Under the pieces are notes generated by a model. That model was not told the origin of the DNA, made no database searches, and saw only the letters and a list, made by a program, of their open reading frames with translations. A stretch of 64,000 nucleotides of DNA. Source: Octopus sinensis (taxonomy: Eukaryota). The DNA lies in contig NC_043000.1 in NCBI RefSeq assembly GCF_006345805.1, positions 48,236,001-48,300,000 on the forward strand. The letters run 5' to 3'. Each line of letters begins with the position of its first letter. Position 1 is the first letter of the stretch. Made by a program: the position numbers and the translations under genes. Of the stretch, positions 26,637 to 40,556 are shown in pieces.

Positions 26637-27940
26637 ATATATATGTATTTGTATGTGGATATGCAAGCAGAAATATATATATATTTATATATATTTGTAT
26701 TAATGTTTGTTTTATGTTCAGTTATATAAAATTAATTTGACATGAAGCTGATGGCTTACTCTATGCTTTTGAAAAGTACAAATTTATCATTTTCATTTAA
26801 GCATGTTGTTGGCAGTGACTTCGAAATTTCCACCAGCAAAGCCATTCTTGGATAATGGCTTAGCTGGTTGAGACTTCGAAGTTACTGTCAACAACATTCT
26901 TGTATAAGAATAATAAGTATGTGCAAGCATTTGTGTGTGTGTGTGTGCATGCGTGTGTGTGTAGACATGGCTCAGTTGTTAAGAAATTTACTTACCAATC
27001 ATATCGTTTCAGGTTCAGTTCCAATTGCATGCATCTTGGACAAACTGTCTTCTACTATTTCCTAAACTGACCAAAGTTTTGTGAATGGATTTGATAGAAA
27101 CCCATTATATATCTATATAGATGTGTGTGTGTGTTTGTGTACATATGTGTGTGTGTATGTTTGTGTGTGCCTATTTGCATGTGTATGTGTGTGTGTTATA
27201 CATAAAAGCATACATATGCACACTCTGGCACATGTTTATATATCTATACACACACTGATATGACATTGGTTGTTTATTTTGTTTTTAGAAATGACCGACT
27301 ATTTATAACAAACTTGGAATGTATAATCGTCATTTACAGCATGAGTGAGAATACTTCCGATTCTGTAATAGTTAGTAATGATGAACTATAAATAAATATG
27401 ATACCAGTGATTCTAATACATATGTTTTTGATTGACACTGCTAGACTAAGCAACTAAACTGTTCATTCAAGAAAATGCATTCTTGTTTGATTTCATGAGC
27501 AACATTTTACAATTGAGGCATTGACCTTCAAGTTCTTTCAACTCTAGTTATTTTCCCATTTTTTAGTTAGGTTTCTCGACGTCACCTCCTAGATTTTGAG
27601 TATATAGTTTATACATTTAAGGCTTTATTTGGTACAGACTGTATAATTTGTTTCTTTTTCTTTTCATAGCAAGACTATCCCTTTAGAATGCACCTCTTCC
27701 AAAATACAATGTAATGTATTTTTGTTACAATTTCTCCTCTTTTATACAGAACAATATATATATATATATATTGTTATATGTATACTTGTATATAGCCATA
27801 TACATATACATATGTATAAAGACATATATATATATATATATATATATATGTTTCTACATATAAACATATATGTATGCATGCATAAATGTACGTGTATAGA
27901 TGTATATACATATATATATATATATGTATGTGTGTGTGTA

Positions 27941-27974
<34 letters not shown>

Positions 27975-28700
27975 TATGTATACAAGTGAGTGGACAAACG
28001 AAAGAAGGGCACTAAAGAAGTTTATTTGGAGTTATATATATGGATGAAAACAGTTTGATACAAATTTGTTAGTACTCTTGAGTTTCAAGCGTGATGCTAG
28101 TCATCAGCAATTTTGAATTTGAATGACAGAAGTTGATTGTTATTACCGTTAGGTGGGCTGCTATTAGTCATGGAAGGTCACACAGTGTTGTGGTTTGATG
28201 TTGGTAGATGGGTAACAGTTAGTTGGAAAATACCACATGGTGAACAGTAAATTGACCATGTGGAGGACAGGAAATAGACCAAGTGGCAATTGGGAAATCG
28301 GTTATTGGTGGTGGGGGTAGGAAGTGGTGACATGTGCAAGTATATAGTTCTAAGTGTGGGTTTGCAGATGTGTTCAAATAGAACTATATACTTGTACAGG
28401 CCGCCCCTTCCTGCTCCCCCTAATAACCTGACCAATTTCCTAATAACCATATGGTCTATTTCCTGTCCTCTATGTCGTCAATTTCCTGTTCACCATTTGG
28501 TATTTTCCAACTAACTGTTACCCTCATACCAACATCAAACCATGACACTGCGTGACCTTCCTCAACCAATTGAAGCCCACTTTATGGTAATAACAATAAA
28601 TTCTTTCTTTTGAATTCAAAATGGCTGATGATTAGCATCATACTTGAAACTCAAGAGTACCAACAGATTTGAATAAAACTGTTTTGATCCACATATATAT
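27975..28700. mobile_element. Long fold-back PLE-like element (about 315-bp arms) with a hammerhead motif in each arm
   Basis: Inverted repeat ~28034-28352 / 28379-28700, tail 27975-28033, (TA)n flanks. Confidence 0.78.
28622..28662 (+). ncRNA. Minimal type I hammerhead ribozyme motif; mirror copy on the - strand at ~28070-28110
   Basis: TGG-CTGATGA-ttagcatcatactt-GAAAC-TCaaGA-GTA-CCA followed by AATAAA; the mirror arm has stem II AGC-atcac-GCT. Confidence 0.65.
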
Positions 28701-28721
28701 ATATGTGTGTTGTGTGTGTCT

Positions 28722-28785
<64 letters not shown>

Positions 28786-29429
28786 GTATATATGTATGTA
28801 TGTCTATGTCTGTATGTATGTACATTATTTATTTTCAACTGGAAAGTGTTAGCTGATAACCATTTTGAATATTCCTGCATGAAATTTTTCGGATAAAAAG
28901 TTGTACGAGCATTATGCTAGTATACGCAATGAAATGGTATCAGTCTCAAGATCCACAAGAACTTCTTTCAATACCATGCCTCAGTTATTTTCTAAGGATC
29001 AAGCATATTCTAGATTTGTGATGCTCTGAAGGTAAGCATAGCTAGAAAAACAGATAAGGAAAATGTACATAAATTTTAAAATTCCCCCCTCACGCACACA
29101 ACATGATAATGTGAAATATGCGTTACTTTACTCTCTGTGTGTTTTGATTTCATTATAGATACTTTTTTTATTTTTATCATTTTTCTAATATATTTCATAT
29201 TCTGTGTTCTCCCTGTATTCCCATAATGTTTTGTTAGTCTGGAGTTTGCAATTGATTTTTCTATTTAGTGAGTTTGCTTTGTTGTTATATGGTACATATA
29301 TTTATACGAATACATCCATATTTAACTTTCATATATTTATAATATAATATATATAAAATATAATATATATGTAATATAAAATATAATATATATATAATAT
29401 AAAATAATATAGTATAATATATATACATG

Positions 29430-29484
<55 letters not shown>

Positions 29485-29726
29485 TGATTTGCGTCTTTAT
29501 GCAAAGCTGCAAACCACTTGCACGTGTGTGTTCTAAGTATTTGTAAGTTCATGTTAGCAGTTTGTGTTTTGCTTACGATTTTTTTTCCTCCATACTCTTA
29601 TCTTTGTTCCCACTTAGCCTCTATAGTTTATTTTTATACACAGTGATATAAACAACAGTTTTCTTTCAGATATATTCCTCTCGTTTTGCTCATATTTCTT
29701 GCTCTTTCGCTTTTCTCCTTCTCTAC

Positions 29727-29777
<51 letters not shown>

Positions 29778-30356
29778 TCCCCATCTACCTACCAATCAAT
29801 TTATCTAACTCTATGGTTATCTTTATGTCTCAATCTGTCTCTTTCCACTCTTTATCTTTCCTCTTCTCTATCCCTCTTTTTCTCCCACGCTTATAGAAAC
29901 AGAGAGTCTTAATCTCTTTTTCTTACTCAAACACGAAACCTTCATTCATGAACCAGCCACTCTCATATGTACTTACACTTTCATGCACACATGCTAGCAT
30001 TTTATCGCTACGTTTCTCATGCAAACATGCACATATTATTTCATACATTCATTTGTGAAGCCTGCACCATTTAAAGGATATATATATATATGTGTATATA
30101 TGTACGTAGGTGTGTATGTTTTATGCATGCATGCTGACTCTGGCAGATTTTAAAAATTTATCTTCTGTTTGTTTGGTTTTACTGTATCTAATACATTTTT
30201 CAAGAACAGACAATGTATTTTCATAGAATCTGCCGATTCCAAGTGTTTATTATTTTTAGAATTCTACAAACTTCTCCGGGATGTTCCGATTTATAAGAAT
30301 TGTTGGCATTTTTGATTGCTCATGATATCAATTATTTTAGTACTAAGTAAATTTTT

Positions 30357-30469
<113 letters not shown>

Positions 30470-30696
30470 TATATATATGCATGTATGTATACACACATGC
30501 ATATGTGTGTATATACATACATATATATATATGTACATATACATACATATGCATACACACACATGCACACACATATATACATACATATATATAAGTAAAA
30601 GGGATTAATAAATCCAAGCAGATATCTATAAAGCACTCAATGTTAAATGAATTTGGCTTGCAATATCAAGCAATCAGATACCAATAAATACAAGTA

Positions 30697-30736
<40 letters not shown>

Positions 30737-31246
30737 TATTTTGCAAGCATATAGTGGTGCTAAAATGGTCAAGGAATGTCCAATAATAAAAATAGAATAC
30801 TTGCAATTAAAAATTAGAAAATAATGTTTATTCTTTGTACAGAGAAGAAAAATTAAAAATTTAATTGAAATATTGAAGTCAAACTTTTAACATCACCTGT
30901 TTCTTGAAAAATATAGAATTAACATCTTTTTCGTTTTTCACTTTTGTTGTCTTTAAAAATTCCTTTATTTTTTATTTGCTTTGTCCTTTCTTTTTAATAT
31001 GTAGCACATTGTTTTAAAATTCTACTGTTTGATGAATTATAGATGTCCACTTACAAATTATTGACGTCCATGTACATCTATACTCGACTACTAGCAGTAC
31101 TTAGTATGACTATTTTTTTTGCTTTTCTTTCTTTTCTTCTATCTTGTCTTTTTTTTTTTTTTACTATTTTCAAATGTAATTTTGTTTAGTGGTCAGATAG
31201 AAAGGAGTTAAAAGTAATTCATCATCATCATCATTATTATCATTAA

Positions 31247-31800
31247 GCTAGTAAGCTGGCAAAATCATTAACACACCGGGCAAAATGCTCGGTGTGTTAA
31301 TGGTGTTTTGCCCATCTTTATGTCTTAAGGTGGTGAGCTGGCAGAATCATTAGTGTCCTGGACCAAATGCTTAGTGGCATTTCGTCTGCCTTGACATTCT
31401 AAGTTCAAATTCTGCTGAGTCGATTTGTCTTTCATCCGTTTGGGGTCAATAAAGTAAACCCCAGTTTTGCACTGCAGCCGATGTAATTGACTTACTCCTT
31501 CCCCCAAAATTTCAGGCCTTGTGCCTAGAGTAGAAAGGATTACGATTATTATTATTATTATTATTATTATCATCATCATCATTAAAGTGACAAGCTAGCA
31601 GAATCATTAGTGTGCTGGAGGAAATGCTTAGCTGTATTTCGCCCATTGGTACATTACGAGTTCAAATTCCACTGAAGTCGGCTTTACCTTTCATTCTTTT
31701 GGGGTCAATAAAATAAGTACCAACTGAACACTGAGGTCGATGTAATTGACTCATTCCTAGCCCCAAAACTGCTGCCATTGTGGCAAAATTTGAAACCATT
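31247..31800 (+). mobile_element. Three head-to-tail SINE family B copies
   Basis: Repeated (G/A)AGCT(G/A)GCA(G/A)AATCATTA heads separated by (ATT)/(CAT) tails. Confidence 0.85.
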
Positions 31801-32349
31801 ACTATTATTATTATTATCATTATTATTATTTACCATAATATATTCTTTGAAATAATCAGCATTTTTGGGGTTTCTTTTTTTTTTTACTTTTTATATTTGT
31901 AATTGTAAAGATTGCTGTTTTAACAATTTACAGGAAATAGCAACAATTGGTTAGTTAGTGTCTCTTAGCACCAGCTGCTATTTTAGCAAATATCTTTTTT
32001 TGTTCTGTCTTCAAAATATCCATTTTTATTTAAGTCTATTATTATGCATAACTCTAAACTACTAATTAATAATATAAAAATTTTAAAAAATAGCAAATAT
32101 AGCTGAGTGATTTACATGCTTTTTTTTTCTGCAGGTGGCGAGAAGGTCATTAATTTCTAGATTTGTATGGAAAAATAGCTGCAAAATAATCATCCAAAGA
32201 CATACTAGCATATGAAGATATGACTGGAATATCTCATGCTGGAAACATCTATTATTGTTAGGGTGGCAAGCTTGTCTTCCCTGAGTTGCTGGCGCTGTGT
32301 AAAAATTTGAAACCGTTATCATTATTATTATTGTTATTATTATTATTGA

Positions 32350-32900
32350 GTGAGAGAGCAGTGCATGCCATCAAGTGAGACTAGGGTAAAATATACAAAG
32401 CCCAGTATACCCATCATGACTACCTGTCTGATAAGGGTACGCTAGGCACATGCATCAGAACCAGTCAAGCATGTCCCTTAGTGCGCAACATGGTCATCTC
32501 ATATCAAGATAAACAGCGCATGACCTTGCAGGTGGAGCCCAGTTAGAATTTTCTTCTTGTTGAGTAACCCATCCCACTCAAAAGGTCCCTGAATAAGGGT
32601 TGTTTAAGGATGTTGAACGAAACACCCATGTTTCCAAAGGTGAATTATTCAAACCCTCAAGAATTCCTCTCAACACATGGCTATGATGCTCCCCTACTAC
32701 TTCTGCTTGTGATCAGAGATGCACATTTCGTCAACCACTAAGGGACATGCTCAACTGGTTAAGGTCAAACAACTGACAAGCAAATCTGTGGTATTGAGTC
32801 GAATATTTGCTCAAGCCCATCTTTTATACCAAGACAAAACAATGTACATGATAACACTTCCAATCAGTTAAGAGCCACTGCCTGGTACTGCATCAGGACA
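32350..32900 (-). mobile_element. Unclassified ~550-bp interspersed element inserted in (ATT)n (possibly LINE 5'-UTR-derived)
   Basis: Higher-GC complex block sharply bounded by (ATT)n on both sides; class is a guess. Confidence 0.4.
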
Positions 32901-32903
32901 ATG

Positions 32904-32968
<65 letters not shown>

Positions 32969-32977
32969 TATTATTCA

Positions 32978-34445
32978 GACAGTGAGCTGGCATAACTGTT
33001 ATAAGTTCTGAGTTCAAATTTTGCCAAGGTCAATATTGCCTTTTGGGATTGATGAAATAAGTACCAGTTGAGTGCTGGGGTTAATGTAATCAACTCACCT
33101 CTCCCCCAAAATTTCAATCTTTGTGCCTATAGTAGAAAGGATTATCATTATTATTATTATTATAAGTAGTAATAGTGGTAGCAGTAGTAGTAGTAGTGGT
33201 AGTAGTAGTAGTAGTAGTAGGAGGAGGAGGAGGAGGGATGGTGAGCTAGCAGAGTCACGAGCATGCCAAACAAGGTTTTCAGTGGTATTTCATCCATCTT
33301 TATGTTCTTGAGTTCAAGTTCCACTGAAGCTGGCTTTGCCTTTCATCTTTTGGAGTTGATGAAATAAGTACCAGTTGGCCCTCTCCCACCAAAATTTCAG
33401 GTGTTGTATCTATAATACAAAAGGTTATTATTATTATTATTATTATTATGATTATCATCATTATTATTATTATTATCATCAAGGCTGCAAGCTGGCAGAA
33501 TTGTTAGCACTCTGGGCAAAATGCCTATTGGAATTTTGTCTGTCTCTACATTCTGAGTTCAAATTCCATCAAGGTTGACTTTGCCTTTCATCCTTTTGGG
33601 GATTGATGAATTAAGAATCAGTTGAGTACTGGAGTTGATGTAATTGACTATGCCTCTTTCCAAAATTTCAGGCCTTGTGCCTATAGTAGAAAGGATTATT
33701 ACTACTATTATTATTAAGAATGTGAGTTGACAGAATTATTAACGTGCCAGACAAATGCTTAACAGCATCTATTCTATCTTTACATTATAAGTTCAAATTC
33801 TGCCAAGTGTGACTTGGCCTTTAATCCTTTCGATGTCAATGAATTAATGCCACTCGAGCACGGGGCTTGGTGTAATTGACAAGTCCCTTTCCCCAAATTT
33901 CAGGCCTTGCGCCTTTAGAAGAAAATTACTACTATTATGATTACTTAAATGGTGGATTGGTTCAGACCTTCAAGAACTGGACAAAATGCTTTGCTGTATT
34001 CATCCCACTTTTCACATTCTAGGTGTAAATTCTACAAAAGTCATCTCTCCTTTTTTATCTTGACTATCGATAAAATAATGTACCAGTTTGGATTTGGCTC
34101 AGTGATATTGACTAACTTCCTTTCCTCAAAGCTGTTGGCCTTGTTTCTAAATCAGAAATCATTATCGTTGTTGTTGTTATTTAGTAAGAGAAGTGCTAGA
34201 TCATCAAATGAAAGGGTTAATATTATTCAGTTTTTTTCTTCCAGATTGAGTGTAAATTGTGCTGAGATTCGTTTCAAAATTCTTCTAATCTTGATCGTCA
34301 GAATCATTAGATCACAAAAGAAAATGCCTGCAGTTATTCAGTTACAGCTGTTTATGTTCTGAGTTGAAATTCTGTCAAGGAAAATGTTGCCTTTCATTCT
34401 AGTGAAGTTGATAAAATAGAATTCTTGTGACGTACTGGAGTCAGT
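32978..34445 (+). mobile_element. About six tandem same-strand SINE family B copies
   Basis: Repeated GAGTTCAAATT...TTGCCTTTCATC...AATAAGTACCAGTT...AAATTTCAGGCCTTGTGCC units with (ATT)n/(AGT)n spacers. Confidence 0.82.
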
Positions 34446-36299
34446 TCACTATCCCTATATTACATCCTGGATGTAAATGGATTAACAAAAGACTAAGTAA
34501 TTAACTGAAACTTGATTTATATTATATGGTCACAGATCATGTGTCAGTAACCAGCTGGAAAAGATGTTTTCCTGGGGCTAAAAAGTAGTAACATCGTCCT
34601 GTGTAGGACTGCCACATTGCATTGGCAATGCTTGATCCTATGATTTTTATTTTATATAACTCTTTTACTGTGTCTTGTTTGATGCTTTACTTTGTAGTTT
34701 ATTATGTGGGTCTTTAATGTCATGGGTCCCTGAGGCCAATAGAAAAGTCATTTCTAGTATTGTTATTCCAAATAGTTAATGAAAGCAAGTAGGTGGTCTG
34801 TTATTGAAATCTTCTGGCAGGTTATAGTAAGGAGAGAAGAAAGAACCCTTTACAGTAGAAGACAGTGTTGTTGAGTGTTCTGATATTCCCTTTGGGTCTA
34901 TTTCACATCCCTTTGTGGGTTGGTGTTTTTGTTTCTTTATATAAATTAAATCTTAAACCTGTTTTTTTTTTTGTTGTTATATTTTTTGTCCTGCTTCCCA
35001 AATTTATTGTCTATGAAATTATTTTCAAACTCTTCCATATGACATGTTTTTACATTATGTGACTACTGTAACCAATAATAAATCATTATTGTAATTGTTG
35101 TTGCTAAATAGGAAAATGGTCAAGGCTTCATTGATGTAACATAATGAACAGAGACTATTAAGTTGTCCAGGAGAAGTATAAATAAAAACCAGTACTTTTC
35201 CATAGAAAGTATTAAGAGGATATGCAGAGCAGTGCCCTCTACAAGTTTAGAACCACTGCCAGCAAGCCAAAAAACTGATTAGAATTCTGTGAGAAGTCTT
35301 TCAGTAATGAGTCTCTCTACTAACAAAAATACCAAAGACAGGTTTGGTATATATTACAACGTTAGAAGGTTTCTACAACAATGAAATATATTACAAGCAA
35401 AATACATTTCCATGTGTTTGGCTGTGTTTAGAAAGAGGAGGATATATGCACTATCTATTCAGATTCTCGAATAAAAGGCTTTGATATGTGGATAAACTTA
35501 ATCTTTGGTAAGCTAAATCCACATGCAATCCTCTTATATATGTAAGGTTTTACTATAGAATTGAAGACAAGAACTTAAGTATCATCGGTCTTAGTATTTT
35601 GGGTATGGTTGCTAGTCCATCATAATATGAAGTAAATTCAGTCTTCCATAAAAAAAAGGGGGAAGCTTGGAATTCTTTTCTTTCTCATTTTTCCATTTTA
35701 TTATTTCTTTTCATTTTTTTTTTGTGTTTTTACATAATTTTGTCCATATATGTAATATCTCAACATTATATAAATAGAAATCTATTAATGTTTATAAATG
35801 TATCATTAAAACACCACCACTATAATTGAGTTTGAAATATATTTGGTTATTTGAATTGCTATATAATCTTGTGTGTAAATCTGCAGGGAGCAAGATAGTA
35901 ATTTCCTGTGATTCATATTACATCCCACAGTTACAAATTGATCACGCATCTATTTTCACTATTCTCAAGTGTGTTGTTAGAAATATGAGATATTCATGTA
36001 ATTGTGTTTGTATTTTATTTATTTCTTACATTTTTGTTTGATTTTTTAAAACAATTTTTTTTCATTATTATAAATATATATATATTTATTTATTATTTTT
36101 TTGAATGCTTAAATATTCCTGATTGGCTGTAAATTTAGTCAAATGATGATTTTCACGTTGTATTTAGTAATGTTTACGTTACTAATATGAGCTGATGAAA
36201 ACATTGGTTAGAGGATAAATGAAATATGAAAAACACCTTTTCCCCATTGTTTTTAAATTGGTTTTATTGGAAAATCAGTTTCAGTTATTCACATGTATG

Positions 36300-36334
<35 letters not shown>

Positions 36335-36709
36335 TAAATTATTAAGACCCAGCACAACAGTAATCTATGAACCATATTATCAAAGACATTCCAGCTATTA
36401 ACATACTGACTTCTTTTTGAGAAAATTCATCTTGAACTATGCTATTCAAAGTACATTCCATTTTGTAATTTGATATAGTGTGAAATTTGAGTGAGGAAGG
36501 GCTTTCAGCTGCTATTTCTAGCAGGTTATATAAATATGTTAAGACTCCCTAGAGGGTTCATTAAGTACAAATGCTCAGGGGGCATTACTTGTTTGTTATT
36601 CATTTAATCCTAGGTTCTAATTGACTTGGGACTAAATGAAAATTGATTTATTGATCATGATTGTCATTATCGATTTTGCCAATCCAACATCTAATATTAT
36701 TATGAATAT

Positions 36710-37123
36710 GGTGTGCTGGTAGAATTGTTAGTACATATGGTAAAATGCTTGGCAGCATTTCTCTGGCTTTTTCCATACTCTTAATTCAGATCACTCCAAG
36801 TTTGATAAAATAAAGTACCAATCATGTAATGGGGTTGATGTAATTGACCTGACACCTTCCCCTTGAAATTTCAGGTCATGTGCTAAGGCAGTGAGCTGGC
36901 AGCATTTTTAGCATGCTGGACAAAATACTTGCTGATATTTCATCAGTCGAAGACGTTTTGAGTTCAAATTCTGCCACAGTTGATTTTGCCTTTCATCCTT
37001 TTGGGATCGACCAAATAAGTATTCATGGAGCACTGGGGTTGTCATATTCAATTCCCCTCAAATTACTGCCCTTGTGGCAAAATTTGAAACCATTGTTGTT
37101 GTGGTTGTTGTTGTTCTTCTTCT

Positions 37124-37168
<45 letters not shown>

Positions 37169-37385
37169 TAAGGCAGCAAGCTGGCAGAATCACTAGCATG
37201 CTGAGAAAAGTTCCAAGTGGAATTTCATCCATCTTTATCTACTGGGCTCAAATTCTACTGAGGCTAACTTTGCCTTTTGTCCTTTCAGGCTCAATAAAAT
37301 AAGTACCAGTTAAGTACTGGGGTCGATATAATCAACTATCCCCCTTCCCCCAAATTTCAGGCAGTGTGCCTACAGTAGAAAGGGT
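36710..37385 (+). mobile_element. Three tandem SINE family B copies
   Basis: Same unit as 31247-34445. Confidence 0.82.
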
Positions 37386-37494
37386 TATTATTATAGAAAG
37401 TGAGCTGTATATATGTGTGTACGTATATATATATATATATGTTTGTATATATATATTGTATATTGTGTGTATATATATATATATATTGTGTGTG

Positions 37495-37690
37495 TCTGTG
37501 TTTGTACCTCCACCATTGCTTGACAACCGATGTTGCTGTGCTTACATCCCTGTAACTTAGTAGTTCAGCAAAAGACACCGATAGAATAAGTACTAGGATT
37601 ACAATGAATATAGCCTGGGGTCAATTTCTTTGACTAAAGGCAGTGCTCCAGCAGGACTGCAGTTACATGACTGAAAGAAGTAAAGTGATA
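37495..37690 (+). mobile_element. SINE family A 3' half; followed by a Helitron 3'-end fragment (37714-37742) and a SINE C fragment (37805-37965)
   Basis: Homology to the respective full copies; CCTGAGCAATGATGGGTATCTCTGCTAG|T. Confidence 0.7.
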
Positions 37691-38679
37691 AAAAAAAAAC
37701 TATGCCATTTTAATCCTGAGCAATGATGGGTATCTCTGCTAGTGGTCAATAAAATTAGTCAATATAACTGACTAATTTCCTTTCTTGAAATAGCTACTCT
37801 GTTTAGTGGTTGGTTTTAGGAAGGGCATCCAGCTGTAAAAATTCTGCCAAAATATTTACAGAAGTGTGATGCAGGCTCCTACCTGGCCAGCTCCTGGCAA
37901 ACCGTCCCACCCATGCCAGCATGGAAGGCAAACGTTAGGCAATGATAGTGATGATAATGATGATGTACCTAAACTAGAAGCAACCACCATCATCATTATC
38001 TACAGTATTATATGAACAAGAGATATTCTCTTTATATAGTTTACGTATATATACAGTAAAGAAATTGGTATGAAATTTTGTCTCAAACAATGTGGTTGTG
38101 TTGGGGAAAAAATTCTGATAAGACCAGTAATATCATTTGAGTTCAATGATGAACAATCTTGTCAAAATTTAGAAATAAATGAACTAGACAGAAAACAACA
38201 CATATAAATGAAAGAAAATGCTTAGACAGAAAATTATAAACTCATTATATAAAAATCGGATGATAGGTATTCACACTTTAGCCATGCCATACTAAGTTAT
38301 AATTACAACTTACTCACATGAAAGTTAAATTGAATAGAAGGGAGAACAATGAAAATGATTTATCACTTCACCTATATTCACCCCTATCTCACTGTACCAA
38401 ATCCAATGTAAACAGAAGATCTGACTGTAGGGTTGGTTCCAGATGTGGCATAGGTATAAAAAGAGAGCACAAATGGTGTTTAAAATTTACAGCAGCTGTT
38501 CAGTAGAATTTCATTGATGTAGTCATAGACTGCATCATAATATATAATCCACCATCTTCAGGTAAAATTTTAAATAGGTAAGAGTTCATACAGGTGAGAT
38601 TTCATTCATGAAACCAGAAAAATCCAATGTCTTACCTGAAATTGGTGGATTGTATGCAATGATGTATTCTATGGATATT

Positions 38680-39084
38680 CTTTTACTCTTTTACTCTTTT
38701 ACGTCATTTGACTGTGGCCATGCTGGAGCACCACCTTTAGTCGAGCAAATCGACCCCAGGACTTATTCTTTAGATGCTTAGTACTTAGTCTATCAGTCTC
38801 TTTTGCCGAACTGCTAAGTTATGGGGACATAAACATACCGGCATCGGTTGTCGAGCGATGATGGGGGGGGGGACAAAGAGACACGCAAACATATACACAC
38901 ACATATATATACATATATACGATGAGCTTCTTTCAGTTTCTGTCTACCAAATCCACTCACAAGGCTGTGGTCAGCACGAGGCTATAGTAGAAGACACTTG
39001 ACCTAGGTGCCACGCAGTAGGACTGAACCCGGGACTATGTGGTTGGTAAGCAAGCTACTTACCACACAGCCACTCCTACGCCTA
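38680..39084 (-). mobile_element. SINE family A
   Basis: Homology to 6096-6522. Confidence 0.88.
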
Positions 39085-39204
39085 CATATATCAATAAAAT
39101 TCTACAAAAACAGCTGTCATAAATTTTAAACACTATTTGTATTCTCTTTGTGTGTGTGTGAGAGACTATGTATATGTTTGTGCCTCCTTGTTTTGACATA
39201 ATAA

Positions 39205-39620
39205 TAATGAAATTATTGTATACAGTGCTCAGGTGCACCACAACTTGTCAGAAAGTGCGTATAAAGTGTATGCAGTAATGTACAAATGTCTGGAAAGCGA
39301 ACAATGTATGAGTCAGATACATGCTTGTGTGTGTATGGAGGGGAGGAAATCAGGCGTAGTGTTGGCGAATCTCAGAAAGCATGGAAGTTTTAAAGGATGC
39401 AGTGCTCCGACAATTAACAACCGATGCCAGCAGTTTGTTCCATGCTTCAGCAACTCTCAGTATGAAAAAATGTTTCCTAAAGTCATGGGAGCTGTGCTGT
39501 TTTCTGACTTTGTAAATATGTCCATGGAGGCTAACCGGGTGGAGTTTGAAAAGGTGCTCAGAGTTATTGTTTGTAAGATGGTTGATAATTTTATTTGTTT
39601 TTGGTTGTTCACAGGATATT
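39205..39620 (-). mobile_element. CR1-group LINE ORF2 C-terminus plus 3' UTR fragment
   Basis: HGHIYKVRK...RKHFFILRVAEAWNKL..SVV.....SFK matches the CR1-type terminal motif (RGH..KL...R..FF..RV...WN.LP..VV....FK). Confidence 0.8.
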
Positions 39621-40151
39621 GAAAATATTCTACAACAACGTCTGGCCATGGGAAAATATTACCTTTGTTGGAAACAGGTAAGGGTTGGGAACTGGAAGTG
39701 CATCTAGCTATAAAATATTTGCCTTAATAAACTCTGACTTATGCAAGCATCAAAAAGGAACATTAAAACAATGATGCATATTTATATTAATTGCAAATAA
39801 CCTAGCAGACACAAGCGCTACCAATTGAAAGCTCCATGTACCAGACACTAGCTGGCTTATGGGGGTCATCAAGTGAGAATGCACATCAATTCAGAGCCTT
39901 CCTTTTGATGGCATTATTGTACACTGACACCCTTCACTGAGATAAGACCCCACTTGCTAAATCAAATGGTTATTAGGCTTCAATCAGTATCCTTCTAACC
40001 ATTTCTCATCAACTCTTTCTAACTAAATTCAGTGGCTTTCCTTCTCTCTGCTGCCTTGTTATCACTCATGTTGATATTTGCTTTATGTTCGCGACAATAA
40101 CCATCATCTCTCACTGCTTCCAATAAAATTTGTATGTCCAATTATGATTAC

Positions 40152-40354
40152 TCTCTTTACTTACTTGTTTCAGTCATTTGACTGTGGCCATGCTGGAGCA
40201 CTGCCTTTAGTCAAGCAAATCGACCCCAGGACTTATTCTTTGTAAGAATAGTACTCGTTCTATCAGTCTCTTTTGCTGAACTGCTAAGTTACGGGGATGT
40301 AAACATACCGGCATCGGTTGTCAAGTGATGTTGGGGGGACAAACACAAACATAT

Positions 40355-40392
<38 letters not shown>

Positions 40393-40556
40393 AACAGGCT
40401 TCTTTCTGTTTCTGTCTTCCAAATCCACTCACAAGTCTTTGGTCGGCCCGAGGCTATAGTAGAAGACACTTGCCCGAGGTGCCACACAGTGGGACTGAAC
40501 CTAGAACCATGTGGTTCATCAGCAAGCTACTTACCACACAGCCACTCCTACGCCTA
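40152..40556 (-). mobile_element. SINE family A
   Basis: Homology to 6096-6522. Confidence 0.88.

Noticed and set aside
31247-34445. Regularly spaced repeats resembling a CRISPR-like array
   Set aside because: Units are ~200-bp SINE copies with microsatellite spacers in a eukaryotic context
36143-36195. Box C (ATGATGA) and box D (CTGA) with an internal hairpin, possible snoRNA
   Set aside because: Only ~53 nt, weak terminal stem, no recognisable guide; these motifs are frequent by chance here
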